The position numbers and the translations under genes are program-made. Positions 37,583 to 41,331 of a stretch of 41,331 nucleotides of DNA are shown in pieces; position 1 is the stretch's first letter, and each line of letters begins with the position of its first letter. The notes under the pieces are model-generated. The model saw only the letters and a list, made by a program, of their open reading frames with translations, made no database searches and was not told where the DNA came from. Source of the stretch: a virus (lineage: Duplodnaviria; Caudoviricetes); the IMG/VR virus record IMGVR_UViG_3300042210_000071, positions 1-41,331 of that record; one strand, given 5' to 3'.

Positions 37583-38602
37583 ATGAAAGAATTAGTAGTA
37601 GCCATCACACCCACATTGCTCAAGATACACAACGTGTGCGCATTAATGACAACGAAGAAGGGCGTTGCATTGATTGCTCCGGTAGTGGTGGCGTCTGCAA
37701 TAGTTGACGTTAAATCAGTCATCATCTTGCTAATATCTTTGATGATAGCTGATTTTGCTACCGGTATCCTTGCGAGCTACACTATATGGAAAAAAGAACA
37801 TGCCGGAAAGTTGGAAAAACCAAGGCTTATTTCGAGCCAAAAGCTGATAAAATCGGGTTATAAAATTTTCTTCTATTTCTCCATCATTATAGTGTCGTAT
37901 GCAATCGAGAAGATTTTCTTTATCAACACGTTTTCATTTTCTTTTAGCATTGCAAACTTTACGGTCACTACTATGGCAACGGCATTCCTGTGCCTGATTG
38001 AATTATTTTCTATATTCGTTGAGAACCTACCAAAAATAGGTTTTGATGTTATTGAAATGACAAAGAAAATTTATAAAAAATTTATTACAACTAAATCAGA
38101 TTTCACGGCCAAGTCTGTTGTGATTGTGATTTTGATATCGTTATCATCGTGCGCGGCTAAGAAACCTCTGCCTCCCAATGTTATAACCACAAACAAAACG
38201 ATCAGAGAGATTTCGAGAGATTCCACGATTGTAATAAAAGGAGAAATGAGTCTGAAGGTAGTTGAAATTGGATGCGCCGACGGATCTAAACCCACAGTTA
38301 AAAACATATCAGAAAAAAAGGACACAAATTTAAAAGCGCCAACAATCAAAGAGACTCCCAACGATTCCGGAGGCATTACTTTGGCTATAAATTGCGAGAC
38401 TGAGGCTCAAAAACTTTTTTTACAATGGAAAGAGCAGTTCATATCTGAGCAGATAACCGAAAAGATTCCGGTACAAGTTCCTTTCGATCCAAACTGGTTT
38501 CAAACTCTTTTTATGTGGGCAGGTAAGATCGTCATCGGTTTGGCTGTGGTAGCAGTAGGGCTGAGGTTGTCGCCGTTGAAGATGAATGTTTTTAAGTTTT
38601 AA
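37583..38602 (+). CDS. Holin (Phage_holin_4_1-like) fused to u-spanin-like lipoprotein
   Basis: DFATG, SS.KL..S..K...Y and E..SI..EN...G holin motifs; internal lipobox LSS-C190; C-terminal TM. Confidence 0.75.
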   Translation: MKELVVAITPTLLKIHNVCALMTTKKGVALIAPVVVASAIVDVKSVIILLISLMIADFATGILASYTIWKKEHAGKLEKPRLISSQKLIKSGYKIFFYFSIIIVSYAIEKIFFINTFSFSFSIANFTVTTMATAFLCLIELFSIFVENLPKIGFDVIEMTKKIYKKFITTKSDFTAKSVVIVILISLSSCAAKKPLPPNVITTNKTIREISRDSTIVIKGEMSLKVVEIGCADGSKPTVKNISEKKDTNLKAPTIKETPNDSGGITLAINCETEAQKLFLQWKEQFISEQITEKIPVQVPFDPNWFQTLFMWAGKIVIGLAVVAVGLRLSPLKMNVFKF

Positions 38603-39756
38603 AACTCCGGCGATTTTTCAATAATCTCGTTCCTGTAAACTTCTTTGATGACTTTAGCATATCTCATCGTCATCAACTTCGAGCTGTGGCCATATAGTTC
38701 GCGGAGTGCATCTAAATCAATCCCTGCTAATATTTTTGCGTTCGCCCCGGCGTGCTTTTCGCTGTACATATTTGCGCTGATTCCCAATCCGTCTTTTACC
38801 AATTTTTTCCACCTTTTAGTTGCTGTGTCTGTTTTAATTCGTGTAGGTCCTGGCAAGAAGTCTTTATGATTGCCTCTATTTCCTACTCCGGATTCTCTGA
38901 AGCTTCCAAAGAGATAATATTCTCCGGGAAATTTTCCAAGGTTCATTTTTTTAAGAGACTCAAGCAAGTGGTTGTTAATCGGAACCACCCTTTCTTTATT
39001 TTTTTTAGTTGTCTGAGGAGGTAAGATGATTTGTTTGTTTTTAATGTCAACTTTAGAAATGCGTATTTGTAGTATCTCGTTCGGTCTGATACCTGTGTGG
39101 AAAAGTGTTTGAATGAAATTATAAAAGTTTGGATCTTTAGAGAGCAGTTCTTGTTTGATTAAAAGATGATCTTCGGGGGTAGCCGGAATATTTGCCATGC
39201 TTTCTTCAGTAGGAAGGTTTTTAATGTTATGAGCAGGATTTAAATCAATAATATCGAATTGTATTAACTCTGACATCACGGCTTTTATATGGTTGAGGTG
39301 TTTGTTGTAGGCCTTATTAGACCAGCTTCTTAATTGCTTTGCTCTGTCTGCTATATTTCGGATGTGAGAGCGTTTTACCTCTGAGATGATAATATGTGCA
39401 AGGCCAAGACTTTTTGCGGCCTCTGAGTAAAATTTTACCGATCCTTTGTAGCCCGCATAGCTCTTTTTTGATATGTTAGGTCTTTTCTTTTCTAAAGCGA
39501 AATCCAAGGCTTCAGTTAAGGTAAATTTTTCTGTGTGAAAAAGGTTTTCGTTATCAGAAATTGGATCCCACCCATTTTTAAGTTTTTGATGAAGTGCGTC
39601 TCTAAGCATGGAGAATTCTCGCTCGCGCTCTTCAATGTTTTTTATCCTGTTCAGTTGGAATTTATACTTTTTGGGTACGCCATTAAACCTGAAGAATACG
39701 TACCAACCGTCTTTTGCTTTTACAACTATTGGAATTGAAAATTTTTGATTTCTCAT
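38599..39756 (-). CDS. int: Tyrosine recombinase / phage integrase
   Basis: TGIRPNE, TTKK, YSEKH, LYGHSS, TMRY; N-terminal arm-binding-like beta domain; next to tRNA. Confidence 0.93.
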   Translation of the reverse strand: MRNQKFSIPIVVKAKDGWYVFFRFNGVPKKYKFQLNRIKNIEEREREFSMLRDALHQKLKNGWDPISDNENLFHTEKFTLTEALDFALEKKRPNISKKSYAGYKGSVKFYSEAAKSLGLAHIIISEVKRSHIRNIADRAKQLRSWSNKAYNKHLNHIKAVMSELIQFDIIDLNPAHNIKNLPTEESMANIPATPEDHLLIKQELLSKDPNFYNFIQTLFHTGIRPNEILQIRISKVDIKNKQIILPPQTTKKNKERVVPINNHLLESLKKMNLGKFPGEYYLFGSFRESGVGNRGNHKDFLPGPTRIKTDTATKRWKKLVKDGLGISANMYSEKHAGANAKILAGIDLDALRELYGHSSKLMTMRYAKVIKEVYRNEIIEKSPEF

Positions 39757-39758
39757 AA

Positions 39759-39781
39759 TTTTGTAACCGGTTTTGTAACCG
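39759..39781. repeat. Tandem 11-bp repeat, putative integrase arm-type sites
   Basis: TTTTGTAACCG at 39759-39769 and 39771-39781, between int and tRNA. Confidence 0.55.
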
Positions 39782-39801
39782 ATTTTTTTATGATTTATTC
39801 A

Positions 39802-39825
39802 AAACCCCTATTTTCATAGGGGTTT
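39802..39825 (-). terminator. Hairpin downstream of tRNA-Ser (terminator-like or att-associated)
   Basis: AAACCCCTA-N6-TAGGGGTTT; U tract short. Confidence 0.45.
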
Positions 39826-39835
39826 ATGAATATTG

Positions 39836-39920
39836 CGGAGAAAGAGGGATTCGAACCCCCGGAGGTGTGACCCTCAACGGTTTTCAAGACCGCCGCATTC
39901 GACCGCTCTGCCATTTCTCC
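39836..39920 (-). tRNA. tRNA-Ser(TGA), probable integration target
   Basis: GGAGAAA/TTTCTCC-G acceptor, GCGGT-CTTGAAA-ACCGT anticodon arm, long variable arm, GGTTCGAATCC. Confidence 0.97.
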
Positions 39921-40054
39921 AATTCGTCGAGAAGTTTTCAAGACCGCCGCTCCCGACACTTCGGGGCGACCGCTCTGCCATTTCTCCAATTCGTCGAGAA
40001 GCTTTCAAGACCGCCGCTCCCGACACTTCGGGGCGACCGCTCTGCCATTTCTCT
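39921..40054 (-). repeat. Two 67-bp tandem units derived from the tRNA-Ser 5' half
   Basis: 39921-39987 and 39988-40054, 2 mismatches; each contains a CCCGA-CACT-TCGGG palindrome. Confidence 0.9.
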
Positions 40055-40134
40055 TCTCTACAAAGGCTTCCTCAAAAATGAGTGTCCCCGGTGCGGCTTC
40101 AAAAAACGCAGTTAACTCGTTTTTTTAGCGGTTG

Positions 40135-40142
40135 CAAATATA
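40135..40142 (-). promoter_or_regulatory. Host promoter -7 element for tRNA-Ser
   Basis: Minus strand TATATTTG(C). Confidence 0.6.
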
Positions 40143-40575
40143 ACGATGAATTTTGATTTAATGGAAATAAATTTTAAAGATTTTTTTTTATTGTAGTCCA
40201 GTAAAAATAAATAGCTGATAATGACATTTTTCAATATTTCATTAGGTCTATGTTTTTTATTTACAAAAAAACATCAATGGATTTCTAATCACTTTTTACC
40301 TCAATCATCTTTGATTTGGCTAAAGCCCAATAAACCATTGTTGCTGCTTTTATACCGCTGAAGCGGGATGCAATTGATGAATTGGGGTTGGCTTTAGCCA
40401 AAATAGATTATTTTTTCCGTCATAGAAAAGGAAGCTCAATTTATGCTATATATTTCATAAGAATTGCGATTGCTGGAATTATTACATTAGATTTAATGGA
40501 AAGATTTTTTTGTTTGATTTTTATCCTGCGATGCATTCGCAAATGGTTTTATTATCTTTATCCAAATTTTTTGGA

Positions 40576-41331
40576 ATGAATGATTTGCTTTATCCGATGA
40601 TTCTTTTGGTTGTAGGGATTTTTGCAGGTTTTATCAACACGATTGCCGGAGGTGCCTCACTTGTAATCTTGCCGGTTTTGATATTTATGGGGCTTCCGCC
40701 CAACGTGGCAAACGGCACCAATCGGGTGGCGATTTTAGTGCAAACCGTTTTTTCTACCGCAGGATTTAAAAGCAAGCAAGTCAATACCTTTCCTTTCAGT
40801 CTTTACATCGGAGCAGCAGCCCTGTTTGGGGCAATCATCGGCGCACAATTGGCAGTTGACATTCCCGCGCTCATCTTCAATCGCACCTTGTCTGTCATCA
40901 TGGTGATGATAGTTTTTTTGTTGATTTACAAACCGAAAGTGAGTGTAGAAATCATCCAAGAACGCACAGGCGGAATCGCTTTGTGGATCAGTATTTTGGT
41001 GTTTTTTTTGATTGGCATTTACGCCGGATTTTTACAGGCCGGAGCCGGAATTTTCATCATTTTGGCACTCAACTTAATCAATCGTTTTTCATTGGTGAAA
41101 TCAAACGCTGCCAAGAGTATCGTTATCCTGATTTTGACCGTAGGGGCGTTGACCGTTTTTATCATCAACGGAGTAGTCAATTGGAAATACGGGATACTTT
41201 TAGCGATAGGAAATGCCGGTGGAGCTTGGTTTTCGAGCCGGTGGTCGGTTCAAAAAGGAGATGCCGTGGTGCGGATTTTTCTCGTGGCGATGATTGTCGT
41301 CATGGCGGTAAAACTCTGGTTTTTCGGATAA
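40576..41331 (+). CDS. Sulfite exporter TauE/SafE (TSUP) family membrane protein (host)
   Basis: AGFINTIAGGA, ANGTNR, GIYAGFLQAGAG; about 8 TM segments; likely start ATG 40576. Confidence 0.9.
   Translation: MNDLLYPMILLVVGIFAGFINTIAGGASLVILPVLIFMGLPPNVANGTNRVAILVQTVFSTAGFKSKQVNTFPFSLYIGAAALFGAIIGAQLAVDIPALIFNRTLSVIMVMIVFLLIYKPKVSVEIIQERTGGIALWISILVFFLIGIYAGFLQAGAGIFIILALNLINRFSLVKSNAAKSIVILILTVGALTVFIINGVVNWKYGILLAIGNAGGAWFSSRWSVQKGDAVVRIFLVAMIVVMAVKLWFFG

Larger units (their letters stand above)
1..39835. mobile_element. Temperate prophage (probably siphovirus-like) integrated next to tRNA-Ser; left end outside window
   Basis: Complete set of immunity, recombination, replication, packaging, head, tail and lysis modules; integrase lies beside the tRNA 3' end; no duplicate of the tRNA 3' end seen at the left edge. 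Confidence 0.95.

Noticed and set aside
2863-38376. Numerous short antisense ORFs in the six-frame track
   Set aside because: They are shadows of long plus-strand genes with no motifs or leaders; only 27314-27595 was kept
39881-40054. CRISPR-like array
   Set aside because: Units are near-identical with no unique spacers, derive from tRNA-Ser, and no cas genes are present
39795-40115. ORFs of 64-82 aa over the tRNA region
   Set aside because: Translation artefacts of the tRNA and its repeats
40382-40579. 65-aa ORF upstream of the TauE/SafE gene
   Set aside because: TTG start in AT-rich intergenic DNA with no supporting features

Overview
Positions 1 to ~39835 are a nearly complete temperate, probably long-tailed prophage of a Bacteroidota (Flavobacteriaceae-like) host. 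The host assignment rests on TAnnTTTG promoters, A-rich leaders without Shine-Dalgarno sites and the protein styles. The prophage abuts the 3' end of a minus-strand tRNA-Ser(TGA); the other att end is not in the window. Gene order: lipoprotein and CI/Cro-like switch; small early genes; SMC-like ATPase, RecT and MBL nuclease; ParB, HNH, SNF2 helicase, initiator with iterons, DnaB and endonuclease; secreted protein and tRNA(CAT); ParB-DNA methyltransferase; terminase; tail genes and tape measure; protease, capsid, tail tube, portal and adaptor; large fibre protein; amidase; holin; tyrosine integrase. A host TauE/SafE-family gene follows. Most unusual observations: (1) a 358-bp integron-like cassette with an inverted attC-like hairpin, inserted at a GWT site so that it splits an early gene, with no IntI present; (2) a single ORF fusing a holin to a u-spanin-like lipoprotein; (3) a subtilisin-like domain inside the fibre protein; (4) a tRNA(CAT) mixing initiator and elongator features; (5) an exact 27-bp direct repeat bracketing the recombination module; (6) tandem palindrome-interrupted tRNA-Ser 5' halves. 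All product calls come from motif recognition by eye; no searches were run.
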